A stretch of DNA of 63,659 nt, filler included, from Octopus bimaculoides (GCF_001194135.2; 3 parts of 3 records of this genome joined end to end with filler, not necessarily neighbours in it); one strand, 5' to 3'; positions 1 to 13,059 are shown, counted from the whole stretch's first letter. Translations and numbers: made by a program. Notes: generated by a model not told the origin, from the sequence alone.

Positions 1-637
1 ATATATATATATATATATATATATATACGCTGATCTATAATTTATGCGTATATTTAGTCTCTCTGTAGTACAAGTGAATTGTGCAGTTAGCAGCAGGAGA
101 AACATATATTTTGCTGATTATTAAGAGCAGACAAGGTGAATATGAATATGTTGCCTTAAAATGTTCAAATTCTCACTGTTTTGATACACTTTATGCTTTT
201 AGTATCTCGGAGTTAATAAAAGCAAATACATTATATAAGAGTGAATTATAGTAGGCATGTGTGGATTATTTTTCTAAATATTTCGATTTTACAACGTCAA
301 TAAATGTACGGGAACGAATACTTAATGATTTAGATATCGTTACGTCAGCAAATAGGATTACGATGCTCCTGCTGAGAAGGTCAGAATATGACTGAAATAT
401 GTCCGGATTTGTCTATTGTTCTTACCTGGATGATGATAAAATACTATTAGTGAATATACTTAATACATAGTTCATTAAAGAAGCTAATACTAAAAGAACT
501 TTTGTAAATATTTACCTTGTAAATGAGAGTTGTCTTATGAACTTTAGAAAAGGCAGCATGAATGTTTCAAAAGGAAATAGATTGTAAGAGGAAGGAGCCC
601 AAAGTGAAACCTTTATAAGTAAATTACATATGTATGC

Positions 638-702
<65 letters not shown>

Positions 703-703
703 A
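638..703. repeat. (TG)n/(AG)n microsatellite
   Basis: Direct inspection. Confidence 0.95.
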
Positions 704-811
704 GAATTCACGTGCGCACGCGTATATTTGTATGTGCAATCGAATTGCTCGTAGGACAGTCTTAATCTACTTCGTTGATAATGCAATATTATATTCGATA
801 TTTCTTTTAAA

Positions 812-1020
812 GCGGTGAACTGGCAGAATAGTTAGCACGCTGGACAAAATGCATAGTGGCATTTCGTCCGTCTTACGTTCTAAGTTCAAATTCTGCCAAT
901 GTCAACTTTGCTCCTCATACTTTCGGAGTCGATAAAATAAGTACCAGTTGAGTACTGGGGTCGATATAATCGACTTAGCCCCTCCCCTGAATTTTCTGGT
1001 CTTGTGCCAAAATTTGAATC
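812..1020 (+). mobile_element. tRNA-derived SINE, family A (about 200 bp)
   Basis: A-box-like TGGCAGAATAGTTAG and B-box-like GTTCAAATTC, body GTCGATAAAATAAGTACCAG...GTCGATATAATCGAC. Repeated at 1841, 4584, 15635, 31770, 42011, 54330 and 60405. Confidence 0.85.
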
Positions 1021-1840
1021 TAGTATTACATGTAATAATATACATTACCTATTCACGTATTTAAGCCAAGAGAAATGAATTAGTATAGTAAGTTATAAGC
1101 CAATAACTATTTGGATACAAAGGAAACTCAAATCCATGTATCTTCGACGTATATATGCTTTTGTGACAAACTTTGTGAAGCGGGTTGGTGTGAGAATGCA
1201 GATGGAGTTGGATTTTTTAATGAACTCTTCATTAATATTGAATGAAGGCTTCAAGGAAGATACATAACACTATTCAATCTAGACCCTTGCATATTTTTTC
1301 ATTTTTATAAAGTGGTCTGCGTATCATTACATTGTGCTTCGTTTAAACGTAAAAATATATTCACTGATAAATCCTAAATTAAGCAACAATAAACTTTATT
1401 TTATTGCACAAATTTAAGATTGTAAGGCAAACCTCAAATAGATTATTTTAAAATGAATTAAGTGAATTGGATTTGAGGTGACCACTCTCACAGTAATATA
1501 AGATGGAAGCTATTTCTGTATCTGAATCTAATCGCGTCGAAGGCAAAATGCAAACTTGGGAATGCAAACTACACATACACTGGGGTTTGAAGTATATTAC
1601 TACAAGGATGCTAATATGGGAGATATATTCCGTTGATGATATGTAGATAGTGTGTATTGACACTCCATGCTGTCAATGAGGAGATATGAATTCGAATCCT
1701 ATAAGATTCTCCTCACATTTATTTATTTGACATATACCTACTCCTTAATTACCATCATTCGTTTTGCTTATTAATTACCATTATTCGTTTTGTTTATTTA
1801 TTTATTTGGCCGTTCAATTCTTTGTTAACTAAGGAATAAA

Positions 1841-2000
1841 TTGATTACATCGACCCGGTGTTCAACTGGTACTTTTTTTATCGACTTCAGAAGGATGAAA
1901 GGCAAAGTCGACCTCAGTAGCATTTGAAACCAGAACGTAAAGACGAATGAAATGCTGCTAAACATTTTTTCGCGGTGGGCTAACAATTCTGCCAGTTCGC
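1841..2000 (-). mobile_element. SINE family A copy
   Basis: Reverse complement aligns to 812-1020 (GAACTGGCAGAA...GGTCGACTTTGCCTTTCATCC...AGTACCAG). Confidence 0.85.
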
Positions 2001-3623
2001 TGTGTGATCTGTTATTATATTGTTTTGCTACAGAAAAAGTGTTGGTGTGTTCGATCAGAATAAAATATTATTTCTGTCGCTTGTCACAACTTTATTGAGA
2101 TGTTCTCTTGTAATCTGTAACTTACAAAACCAGGAGTATTATCAATGATTTTAACTACATAATACTTTATTGAGAACTTATGAAAGAATACTATAGTATG
2201 CCAACTAATCTATGGTTACTGAACTTAATGTTGATTGCGCCTGTCATCATTATACTGTATCTTTTAGTTGAATTAAATGCTTTGTTTCAAAATTATGTGC
2301 GATACAATTTGAAATCAAATCAATAACCCTGATCTACTTTAATTAACTCTATTATCAGCTAGGTCCTTTCGATGCAATATAATGGCCACACTATAATTTC
2401 TTATATTGAGAGAAAACTAGTTTATGATGAGGTCGTGTATTATATATATACTGCCAATGTCAAAAATGTTATCGATATCTCTTTTACCGGATCTGGATAA
2501 ATGGAATATTTTACATACACATCCAGTGGGATTTGAACTGGGAATCAAAAAGCATAAAATTATAGAAATGCCTAAGATCAGATGCCTTCATATCATGGAT
2601 ATATTCCATGCGCCATACAATAATGGTAATTTAGAATGGTTTTCGTTTAGCCGTTTTCTAAACAAGGGTTGATTGAGTTCGTTGGCTTCGTGACTAACTG
2701 AAGATAACCACAGTTGTCTCTTGATTGATGTTAGCTCGCCATTTTGTCAAAAATCTCCTGTTTTGATAAGTGATGCAGAGGCGAAATATCTAGAGTAGAA
2801 ATGAGACCTAATTTGAGGAATGTCTATTTACCCATAGTTCCATTGAATTCCTAATCTCAGTAGACATGCTAAAGGCAAATGCAGCTGTCTGAAGATCCCG
2901 TGGTGATAGTAGATTAAGAAAAAGAAATTTTCTTATCTCGCAATCATTAAATGTTCCAAAAAGCTATTTAAGAGCTCATTAGAGGTTACTGTAGACACAA
3001 ATGGCTTGTTAAAGTCAAATAAAATTTCATTTGTATGTTTCGCTTCTTTTATTTATATATTATTATTCATTTTCTTATCTCAAAAAATCTCAAGATACTA
3101 ACTTACACAAGGGCATCATCTTTGCACGCATTACCCCGAGTTTCAAACCCTCTTTAAATAAAAAGTATATGAAGTGAAAAGAAGACGTACATATGTACGA
3201 CATTAATATGCCTTAAAATTTTATATCTTTCATTTTCATGTATAGACAGACAAAAATACAAAAAATAAAAAGAAGATGGAAGCGCAGCCGATCCCACACA
3301 AATCTACAACGCCGTCACACATATGTGTGCTTATATGTCAATAGCTGCTCTCTTTCACCTTCGTTATACAATATATACAATGTACAACATATACAATGAA
3401 AATGGTATATACATATATGCATGTGTGTGTGTGCGTGCGTGTGTCTACGCGCGCAGGTCTGTGCGGGTCTGTCTGTGTCTGTCTCTGTGTGTGTATGTGT
3501 GTGTGTATGTACGTTTGTATGTATGTATACATGCATGTACCTATGTATCTATGGATGTATGAATGTATGTATGTATGTATGTATGGATGGATGGATGGAT
3601 GGATGGATGGATGGATGTAGCAT

Positions 3624-4057
3624 GCGTAGGCGTGACTGTGAGGTAAGAAGTTTGCTTCTAAACCACATGATTCTGGGTCTAGTCCCACCCCATGGCACCT
3701 TGGGTACGTGTCTTCTACTATTGCGTCTGGCCGACCAAAACCGTGTCAGTGGATTTATTAGACAGAACCTGAAAGATGCCGGTTGCATATATATATGTGT
3801 ATGTGTGCGCGAGCGTGGGTGTGTGTATGTGTGTGTGTTTCTGTGTTTGTTTGTCCCCAAACACCGCTTAGTAACAGGTATGTTTTGATGCGTTTACGTA
3901 ACTAAGGGGGTTAGAAAAATAGACCGATAGAATAAGTTACCAAGATTTGAGATAAAAAGTAAGTACTGGGGGTCAATTCGCTCGACTAAAAATTCTTGAG
4001 GGTAGTGGCCCACCATGGCCGCAGTCCAATGATTATAACAAGTAAAAGATAAACGAT
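3624..4057 (+). mobile_element. tRNA-derived SINE, family B (about 430 bp, internal TG/TA microsatellite)
   Basis: Head GGCGTGACTGTGAGGTAAGAAGTTTGCTTC...GGCACCTTGGG...TCTTCTACTAT, tail ...CATGGCCGCAGTC...AAGTAAAAGAT. Homologous copies at 9171, 12652, 44582, 46801 and 52095. Confidence 0.85.
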
Positions 4058-4060
4058 ATA

Positions 4061-4237
4061 CAGTAATGCCTCTATATACGAATTTATCTGTTCCCAGAGA
4101 AGGCTCGTAAATCGAAAACTCGTAAAAACTCATAAACCCGAGGTGTCGTAAAGCGGGTCCTCGTAAAGTGAGGTATTAATATATATACATATGTAGCTGT
4201 GAGGAACAGATCAGTTCGAGGTAAAATGCGTAGACTG
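4061..4237. mobile_element. Degenerate pogo/Tigger-like MITE
   Basis: TA|CAGT...CGAA.T.ATCTGTTCC at the left; imperfect inverse GGAACAGAT.AGTTCGAG...ACTG|TA at the right. Confidence 0.5.
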
Positions 4238-4360
4238 TAAACTTTTGATATAATGAACATATCTGTCCATTCTAACTTCTGTACTAAGTTCAATGTGACA
4301 TGGTGACTGCACTATATAAAATAAATTTTTTAAATAGATTAAAGCTCTTATATTATGATA

Positions 4361-4570
4361 CAGGGTTCGGCAGAAATACCTCCCACATTTCAAAGGTTGA
4401 CAAAAGGAAAAAAACCAACATTTATGAAAACTTACTTTTACTGTTGTTTAAACAAAGGGTTCCAATTTTGGTTTATTAGCTAAATGAAAACATCATTGGC
4501 ACTTGCATAAGTTCATTAGCAACACATAGGTGAAAGCTTAAAATGTGGGAGGTATTTCTGGCGCACCCTG
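4361..4570. mobile_element. Tc1/mariner-type MITE (210 bp)
   Basis: 30-bp TIRs CAGGGT(T/G)CG(G/C)CAGAAATACCTCCCACATTT (2 mismatches), flanked by TA on both sides. Confidence 0.9.
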
Positions 4571-4583
4571 TATATGCATAGAG

Positions 4584-4800
4584 TTGGCAAGCTGGAAGAA
4601 TCGTTGGCACGCCGGGCGAAGTGTTTAGTAGTATTTCGTCCGCCGTTACGTTCTGATTTCAAATTCCACCGAGGTCGCCTTTGCCTTTCATCCTCTCGGG
4701 TTCGATGAAATAAGTACCAGTTACGCACTGGAATCGATATAATCGACTAGCCCCCTTCCCCCCTAATTTTCAAGACCTTGTGCCTAGAGTAGAAATAATT
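4584..4800 (+). mobile_element. SINE family A copy
   Basis: Aligns to 812-1020 over its full length. Confidence 0.85.
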
Positions 4801-5255
4801 ATGATATATACATATGAATGAATGACTATGTATATATGTATTGAAAATGTTACATGTGTGCGAGTGCGTGTATGTTCTTGTGAATATATGTGTTTGAATC
4901 CCTGTATTATGTTTCTATATTTAGTGCACAAAAGAAAAACAAGAAAGAATATGCTTAACAGACTATTTATTGATTCCTTCGACGCAACAGATTCACTCCC
5001 ATACTGTTTCGAATTCACTATTATGCAGTAGATATCATTGTATTTGCATTCTATCGACAATAGTATCTCAACATTGAACTGATTAGTGACAAGAAAAGTA
5101 GGCAAATACTTGGTGTGTATGCCTCTTGAGAATTAAGATTCCTTAATATTGACCTCCAGAAGAATTCTACAGGACGAAAAATTGTGAGTAGCGACGGATG
5201 GTCGCTTCAGCTCTGGACAAAGGATATTGTTCATGTGTGTATGGTTTTCTTGTAC

Positions 5256-5319
<64 letters not shown>

Positions 5320-5643
5320 NNNNNNNNNNNNNNNNNNNNNNNNNNNNNNNNNNNNNNNNNNNNNNNNNNNNNNNNNNNNNNNNNNNNNNNNNNNNNNNNN
5401 NNNNNNNNNNNNNNNNNNNNNNNNNNNNNNNNNNNNNNNNNNNNNNNNNNNNNNNNNNNNNNNNNNNNNNNNNNNNNNNNNNNNNNNNNNNNNNNNNNNN
5501 NNNNNNNNNNNNNNNNNNNNNNNNNNNNNNNNNNNNNNNNNNNNNNNNNNNNNNNNNNNNNNNNNNNNNNNNNNNNNNNNNNNNNNNNNNNNNNNNNNNN
5601 NNNNNNNNNNNNNNNATATAGTATATACATATATATATATATA

Positions 5644-5686
<43 letters not shown>

Positions 5687-6063
5687 GCATGCATGTGTGT
5701 ATGTATGTATGCATACATGCATGTATGTATGTATGTATGTATGTATGTATGTATGTGTGTGTGTGTGAATGGAGGAGGGAAGCATGCATCCAAGTGAAAA
5801 TATACACTCCCTTAATTCAATATGTTTGTATGCATTCATGTTTGTCTTTGTGCGGAACCAAGTGATGGAATAGGAAGGTAATTATATAATTTCTTGCATG
5901 CTACTGCTACAGAATCTGTTCTTCAGTATTCTCTAGTGTCCTTCCTTCCACCCAAACCTGCACACCATCCCCACCCGACTCGTATGCCATCTGGTGCAAC
6001 TCGTCATGCTGCACCTGACAATTCCCATTCCATCATCATATATCATTTCATTTTCAATATAGA

Positions 6064-6098
6064 CGTCGTCAACATCATCATCGTCGTCGTCGTCGTCG

Positions 6099-6153
<55 letters not shown>

Positions 6154-6295
6154 TATCATCATCATCATCATCATCGCCACCACCACATCATCATCATCTC
6201 CGTAATTTATCGTCGTCGTCATCGTCGCCATCCTTATCATCATTATCGTCAACGTCGTCGCTATCGTCATCGTTTTCGTTGTTGTCTTCTCGTCG
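6064..6295. repeat. Compound (CAT)n/(CGT)n trinucleotide repeat
   Basis: Direct inspection. It explains the poly-I and poly-M ORFs. Confidence 0.9.
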
Positions 6296-6636
6296 ACGCA
6301 GTTTTTAGTGCAACTTATATTTTTCAATCGGCCCCATGTACAAAATCAACATCACATAAACACTATATTTCAAAAGCAGTGCGCATCTATACTAGAACAG
6401 CTGACGACCGATTTCTGAAACATATACCATCATGTGAAATATATCCGACCATCAAACAGCAAAGAAAAACTACGCTAAAATCTGCCGGCTCCACGCCAGT
6501 CAAACGCTTATATTTATTTGTTTCTGCTCTCTACTAGGCGAGTTGCAGTCAATTTTCTTATCGCTTCTTTTACGAGAGAAATGCATGGACATATAATTAA
6601 ACTTAGGATATATATCTATTATGTTTTGCATATATA

Positions 6637-6668
6637 CTAGCTGACCACGTGCCGTCAATAATGACGGC
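6637..6668 (-). mobile_element. Helitron-like 3' terminus
   Basis: On the minus strand, an 18-nt hairpin GCCGTCA-TTAT-TGACGGC is followed 10 nt later by CTAG|T, the canonical Helitron 3' signature. Confidence 0.55.
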
Positions 6669-6950
6669 TAATTGTAATATTTTATATATAGATATGGTAC
6701 AAAATAAGGTGCATAATAATCACACGAACATTCACATGCTTCCCTTGTACATATCACACACATACACACATATACGCACATAAAATTGAAACGCTGATTT
6801 GTTTTCACCCCTTCCTTCCTTATCCATCTATCACCCCTTCCATTCTCTCATTGCTATTACTTTCTCTCACTCCCTCTCAGTCAGGGCTATTATTCTCACT
6901 ACTTCTCCTTCACTGCGTCTCCACTCTTCCTCCGCGTCCGGCGTGATTCT

Positions 6951-6985
<35 letters not shown>

Positions 6986-9170
6986 AATTAAANNNNNNNN
7001 NNNNNNNNNNNNNNNNNNNNNNNNNNNNNNNNNNNNNNNNNNNNNNNNNNNNNNNNNNNNNNNNNNNNNNNNNNNNNNNNNNNNNNNNNNNNNNNNNNNN
7101 NNNNNNNNNNNNNNNNNNNNNNNNNNNNNNNNNNNNNNNNNNNNNNNNNNNNNNNNNNNNNNNNNNNNNNNNNNNNNNNNNNNNNNNNNNNNNNNNNNNN
7201 NNNNNNNNNNNNNNNNNNNNNNNNNNNNNNNNNNNNNNNNNNNNNNNNNNNNNNNNNNNNNNNNNNNNNNNNNNNNNNNNNNNNNNNNNNNNNNNNNNNN
7301 NNNNNNNNNNNNNNNNNNNNNNNNNNNNNNNNNNNNNNNNNNNNATATATGCACACAATACACACAAACATATAAAAACACAACGCTCATTATTATATCA
7401 GAGATGTATAATGTTGCGAATTTAGTGACTATACAATGTACTCATTGGAGACTAATAGCTAACGACGCTGTTGTTTAGAAATTACGATATAAAATTTTCT
7501 TCATACCAAAGCGCATATTGTATGATGTTCAGACCCACACCTGACCTTCACAGACATCAGGATCTTGAATAAACGTTTGAATTCATTTTTAAGAATGAAC
7601 ATGTTAATATACTTGCAATCTGATGGTGCATTAGCTATTACTTACAGGAAATAAAATATTTCTGCGAAATATCTCTGCAATACTGAACAGCTATACTTCC
7701 CTTACGGAGAACGATTAGTTCGATGTCTTTAGTAGTTAAATCGTCCTATATGTTTATTCGCAACCATTTCCAAAATTTCACGTCCTTTATACGCAGGTTT
7801 CCTTAAATGTTCTAATTTAAATTTCTGACATTTGTATAAGATAGCCATCTGATTTAGGCATTTTAATTCAATTAGGAAAATATTTTGGTCATAAAATGGT
7901 AACTCTTCTATGATTCTCAGCAGGAATATTTTAATTTCTAAATAAATGGAGCTTTAAGGCTTCGGAAATTGAAGATGCTTGATCGCTTGGAAAAACATTT
8001 TTCTACGGGAGTGATGGTATGTTTAAAACCTGTACTGGCTAATTTGGAGAGTTTTATTTATCTCTTGAACACATACCAATATTTATTTTTCTGGTTGATG
8101 ATATTTTTGTGGCTGATCATATGGAATTTGTTAGTCTGTTGTATGTATAATAGCTAATTGCATTATATGTATGATTCTTTCTCAAATTCTTATAACAGCT
8201 GACAAACAGCTCCTGGTACTCCTGAAGCTATTACAATAATCAAAAACTGAAAGAATCCTGTCCACCATGAAGAAAGACTTTTATTTACTTTCTTTAGTGA
8301 AAGCTGTCAAATAAAATGAAATAAAATAAAATAAAATCAGTTTAAACGAAGAAAATAATGTCGTAAAAATATTAGCAAAATTAATTTTCCAGAAACTTTC
8401 ATACTATTTGAAGTTGAGAAATAAAAATAGAGATAAGTTAACAAAAACAGAAGGTGATGAAAATAAAGGAAAATGCTTGATAAACGTAGCAAAAAATAGT
8501 TTTCTTGTTAAATGATAATAAGAAACGCTGATCTATATGGCAAATTCTTTTGTATTTCTAGTGGCATGAGTGAAGTTTGGAAGTGTTCCATTTAAAAAAA
8601 AATTATCTTATATGCCCATATTTAATGTCTCTAACAGATATGCCTGCTTTTATGCATAAAGCACACACACACACATACTCAAACATACAAACACACCCAC
8701 ATGTGGCTTATATATATATATATATATAATATATATACCTTATATATTTACAAATATACACATACATATAGTTACATATCTACATACATATATATAAGTC
8801 TGTGCATCTGAATGTATGTGTATATTGTATGTATGTATGTATGTATGTATGTATTATGCACACAATGTTATATTTTCAAGTTTTAGCATGAACAAAGAAA
8901 AGAGGACGCAATACCTCTGTTAGGGGTAGTAGAGTAGTGTTTAAGTTAACTACTTTTACATTATTTCGATTTACCCACAAATATCTCCTTAGAAAACGTT
9001 AAGGGAAAATATTTAATTTTAGCAATAACACACTCACACACACGTACGCACACACAAAGGTGCATCCACACATACATATATTGATAAAGGTGCTGTTAGC
9101 GAACTTATTCAAAATATTCTAATGGCATAAATGTAGATAATATAGTTGGTACGTTATTTACTAACGTACA

Positions 9171-9845
9171 CTCTTTTACTTTTTTCATTCATTTGAATAC
9201 GGCCGTGCTGGAGCACCGCCTTTATTCGAACAAATCGACCCCAGAACTTATACTTTGTACGCCTAGTACTTATGCTATCGGTCTCTGGCTGAAACGCTAA
9301 GTTACGGGGAAGTAGGCACACCAAAATCGATTGTCAAGCGATGGTGGGGTAANNNNNNNNNNNNNNNNNNNNNNNNNNNNNNNNNNNNNNNNNNNNNNNN
9401 NNNNNNNNNNNNNNNNNNNNNNNNNNNNNNNNNNNNNNNNNNNNNNNNNNNNNNNNNNNNNNNNNNNNNNNNNNNNNNNNNNNNNNNNNNNNNNNNNNNN
9501 NNNNNNNNNNNNNNNNNNNNNNNNNNNNNNNNNNNNNNNNNNNNNNNNNNNNNNNNNNNNNNNNNNNNNNNNNNNNNNNNNNNNNNNNNNNNNNNNNNNN
9601 NNNNNNNNNNNNNNNNNNNNNNNNNNNNNNNNNNNNNNNNNNNNNNNNNNNNNNNNNNNNNNNNNNNNNNNNNNNNNNNNNNNNNNNNNNNNNNNNNNNN
9701 NNNNNNNNNNNNNNNNNNNNNNNNNNNNNNNNTGGTTGGCCCGGGGCTATAGCAGAAGACACTTACCCAAGGTGCCATTCAGTGGGACTGAACCCGGGAC
9801 CATGTGGTTGTTAAGTAAGCCACTTACCACACAGCCACTCCTGCC
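9171..9845 (-). mobile_element. SINE family B copy spanning an N-gap
   Basis: Tail at 9171-9352 and head at 9733-9845 both match family B on the minus strand. Confidence 0.8.
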
Positions 9846-9971
9846 TTTGTAGAAAATTCCTGGCAGTTGGACAAAATAAAAGGGATTGATGTGAACATTT
9901 TCTTGCTACTAGTTTACACTATCAGCAACAGAAAAATACTGTCTTCTTTCCACAGAAAGATTATGATCGTC

Positions 9972-10092
9972 GGCGATCTCACAATACCAGTACCCAAGCA
10001 CCCACGTGTGTTTATTTATATCACATTGGCATTTTCCGTAAAAAGTGTTGCAGGGAAAGATGGTGCTTTGGTACTGGTATCGTAAGATCGCC
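9972..10092. mobile_element. Merlin-type MITE (121 bp)
   Basis: 31-bp TIRs (3 mismatches) with GG...CC termini and a perfect 8-bp TSD TGATCGTC (9964-9971 and 10093-10100). Confidence 0.8.
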
Positions 10093-11727
10093 TGATCGTC
10101 TGCTGTCAGATAGATAAAACCTGTAAAGTAATCACTTTTATTTACTTTTCAGGGAGATTAAAAATGTATTTCGCTTTTATATCTGATTTGCAAAATTCTT
10201 TATGTGAATTTGTGTGTTGAAACAAATTTTGTTGTGCTCAGGGAGAATCATACTTCTTTAATATCAAAAATACTCATCGGTTCAATTTCCATTCATGTAT
10301 TATTTATATATTTTTTTCCACAATTGTCGTTGCTTTTGCAACCTTTATCAATGAGAGTCAACATCCATTGACAAAGTTCCAAAAGCAAAGAAAATTTTGG
10401 GAAAAAAATGAATAAATAATAAACGAGTGGCATTTGAACCAGTGAGTATTTAAGATATTAAGGCGGTATGACTCTCCTCAGAGACAACGGAATAAATATG
10501 TATAATTATTTTACAATACCCCTTATATTTAAAATTATCCAAGGTCGATCGGAATTAAATGAGTAATCCATTTTGTTTCAGGCATACACTTATATACAAA
10601 TTATATTAATCAGTTTAAACGAGTCTCATCTTTTATGACATACTTCAGCAGTGCTTCACGTAAGCCATGAGGTGTATATAAATGAAAATATGTCAAACGG
10701 GTATATTTTTGCCGACAAGGTAAATACCTGTAGGTATATAATAAAGTACATATGTTCCAGCGTACAACATATATATGCATGCATGTATATATATATATAT
10801 ATATATNNNNNNNNNNNNNNNNNNNNNNNNNNNNNNNNNNNNNNNNNNNNNNNNNNNNNNNNNNNNNNNNNNNNNNNNNNNNNNNNNNNNNNNNNNNNNN
10901 NNNNNNNNNNNNNNNNNNNNNNNNNNNNNNNNNNNNNNNNNNNNNNNNNNNNNNNNNNNNNNNNNNNNNNNNNNNNNNNNNNNNNNNNNNNNNNNNNNNN
11001 NNNNNNNNNNNNNNNNNNNNNNNNNNNNNNNNNNNNNNNNNNNNNNNNNNNNNNNNNNNNNNNNNNNNNNNNNNNNNNNNNNNNNNNNNNNNNNNNNNNN
11101 NNNNNNNNNNNNNNNNNNNNNNNNNNNNNNNNNNNNNNNNNNNNNNNNNNNNNNNNNNNNNNNNNNNNNNNNNNNNNNNNNNNNNNNNNNNNNNNNNNNN
11201 NNNNNNNNNNNNNNNNNNNNNNNNNNNNNNNNNNNNNNNNNNNNNNNNNNNNNNNNNNNNNNNNNNNNNNNNNNNNNNNNNNNNNNNNNNNNNNNNNNNN
11301 NNNNNNNNNNNNNNNNNNNNNNNNNNNNNNNNNNNNNNNNNNNNNNNNNNNNNNNNNNNNNNNNNNNNNNNNNNNNNNNNNNNNNNNNNNNNNNNNNNNN
11401 NNNNNNNNNNNNNNNNNNNNNNNNNNNNNNNNNNNNNNNNNNNNNNNNNNNNNNNNNNNNNNNNNNNNNNNNNNNNNNNNNNNNNNNNNNNNNNNNNNNN
11501 NNNNNNNNNNNNNNNNNNNNNNNNNNNNNNNNNNNNNNNNNNNNNNNNNNNNNNNNNNNNNNNNNNNNNNNNNNNNNNNNNNNNNNNNNNNNNNNNNNNN
11601 NNNNNNAAAAGTTAAAAGAAAAGTTTTTTAAAAGAATTTTTTAAAAGAATTCTTGAAACCTCTTTTGAACGTTTTGTTTATAAAATTTGCGCAGGCGTTA
11701 TTCTAAACAGCAATAGTGGTAAAGATA

Positions 11728-11918
11728 GGGAGGAGGTGGCGGAGAGGAAGGAGACGAAGAAGAAGAAGAAGGAGGAGGAGAAGGAGGAGGAGGAGAAGAA
11801 GAAGAAGAAGAAGAAGAAGAAGAAGAAGAAGAAGAAGAAATAGAAGAAGAAGAAGAAGAAGAAGAAGAAGAAGAAGAAGAAGAAGAAGAAGAAGAAGAAG
11901 AAGAAGAAGAATAGAAGG
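11728..11918 (+). repeat. (GGA/GAA)n purine tract
   Basis: Direct inspection. Confidence 0.95.
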
Positions 11919-12267
11919 AACGTAGGTGGTATGATAGTAGTAAGGTGATAAATGGTCTAATGACCTAAAAGTGGCTCATTATGGATTATAACAGTGATAC
12001 ATAGGCCGAACAAAAAACAGACTTCGTAAAAGAATGGCTCTGCACAGATCCCAGTTCAAAATTTCCCCAAACAGTAAAATAGCATTCAGCCAACGCATAG
12101 ACATTTGCGCCAATAACAAAAATCCAAGCTTCAGGATTTTTCCCCTCTACCAATTTAGGGAAATTCAAAAGAGATATTTCAAGAATTCAATCATTACTAC
12201 CATCCACAACGGGTCATCTTCAGGACCCTTGACCATTTAACATACTACTATCATGGCACTCCTGCGT

Positions 12268-12356
12268 TCTTCTTCTTCTTCTTCTTCTTCTTCTTCTTCT
12301 TCTTCTTCTTCTTCTTCTTCTTCTTCTTCTTCTTCTTCTTCTTCTTCTTCTTCTTC
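12268..12356 (+). repeat. (TTC)n pyrimidine tract
   Basis: Direct inspection. Confidence 0.95.
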
Positions 12357-12651
12357 CCTACCAAGAATTCACAACGACTTCGAACGCACAAGAGAGACAG
12401 AAACAAGCAGTAACAAGGAAAATGCCACTTGTATTTGAACACTATGCAAATATTCATTTAGAAAAACTTTTCTTTTAATTTTTCCAAAATTTCAACTTAC
12501 AGTTGAAAAAGTCTCAATGACTGTAACCAGTACTGAAATGATTTTATAAAATTATTCTAGTATTTTCTACCTTGACTTTTTTCCATATATATGACTGTAT
12601 ATATATACAGTCATTTAAAGATATGAATATATACATATATATATATAGCCA

Positions 12652-13035
12652 CAGGTGTGGGGGTGTGGTAAGAAGCTTGCTTCACAACCGTGGTTCCAGT
12701 TTCAGTCCCACTGCGTGGCATCTTGGGCAAGTGTCTTCTACTATAGTCTCGGGCCGACCAAGGCATCGTGAGTGGATTTGGTGTACGGAAACTGAAAAAA
12801 GCTCGTCGTATGTGTGTGTGTGTGTGTGTGTGTGTTTGTCCCACCCCACCATCGTCTGATAAGCGATGTTAGTGTCTTTATGTCCCTGTAACTTAACGGT
12901 TCGACAAAAGAGACCGAGAGAATAAGTATTAGGCTCACAAAGAATAAGTCCTGGGGTCGATTTGTTCGACTAAAGGCGGTGCTACAGCATGGCCGTAGTC
13001 AAATGACTGAAATAAATGAAACAGTAAAAGAGTAT
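12652..13035 (+). mobile_element. SINE family B copy
   Basis: Near full-length match to 3624-4057 and 44582-45033. Confidence 0.85.
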
Positions 13036-13059
13036 TAAATACGACGATCTTCTTACAAT

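Noticed and set aside
1745-1796. 26-bp tandem duplication (similar short duplications near 30420-30480 and 63044-63082)
   Set aside because: Ordinary slippage-type duplications with no further structure.
2424-2990. 82-aa ORF and protein-like neighbouring frames
   Set aside because: No recognisable motif, no convincing splice context, frequent stops.
5133-5865. Long ORFs across N-gaps (also 6799, 9302, 10651, 13474, 19323, 21314, 33183, 45496)
   Set aside because: They stay open only because N codons and dinucleotide repeats lack stops.
7620-8280. Repeat-poor stretch with weak minus-strand similarity to a hAT dimerisation motif (LSKLA...PVEKCFS)
   Set aside because: Many stops and only one vague motif; not supportable without a profile search.
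11716-11925. Poly-Arg ORF (also poly-Ser/Lys 12251, poly-Asn 14703, poly-Tyr 15397, poly-Leu 43928, NP-repeat 49373)
   Set aside because: These are translations of microsatellites or telomere-type repeats, with no coding context.
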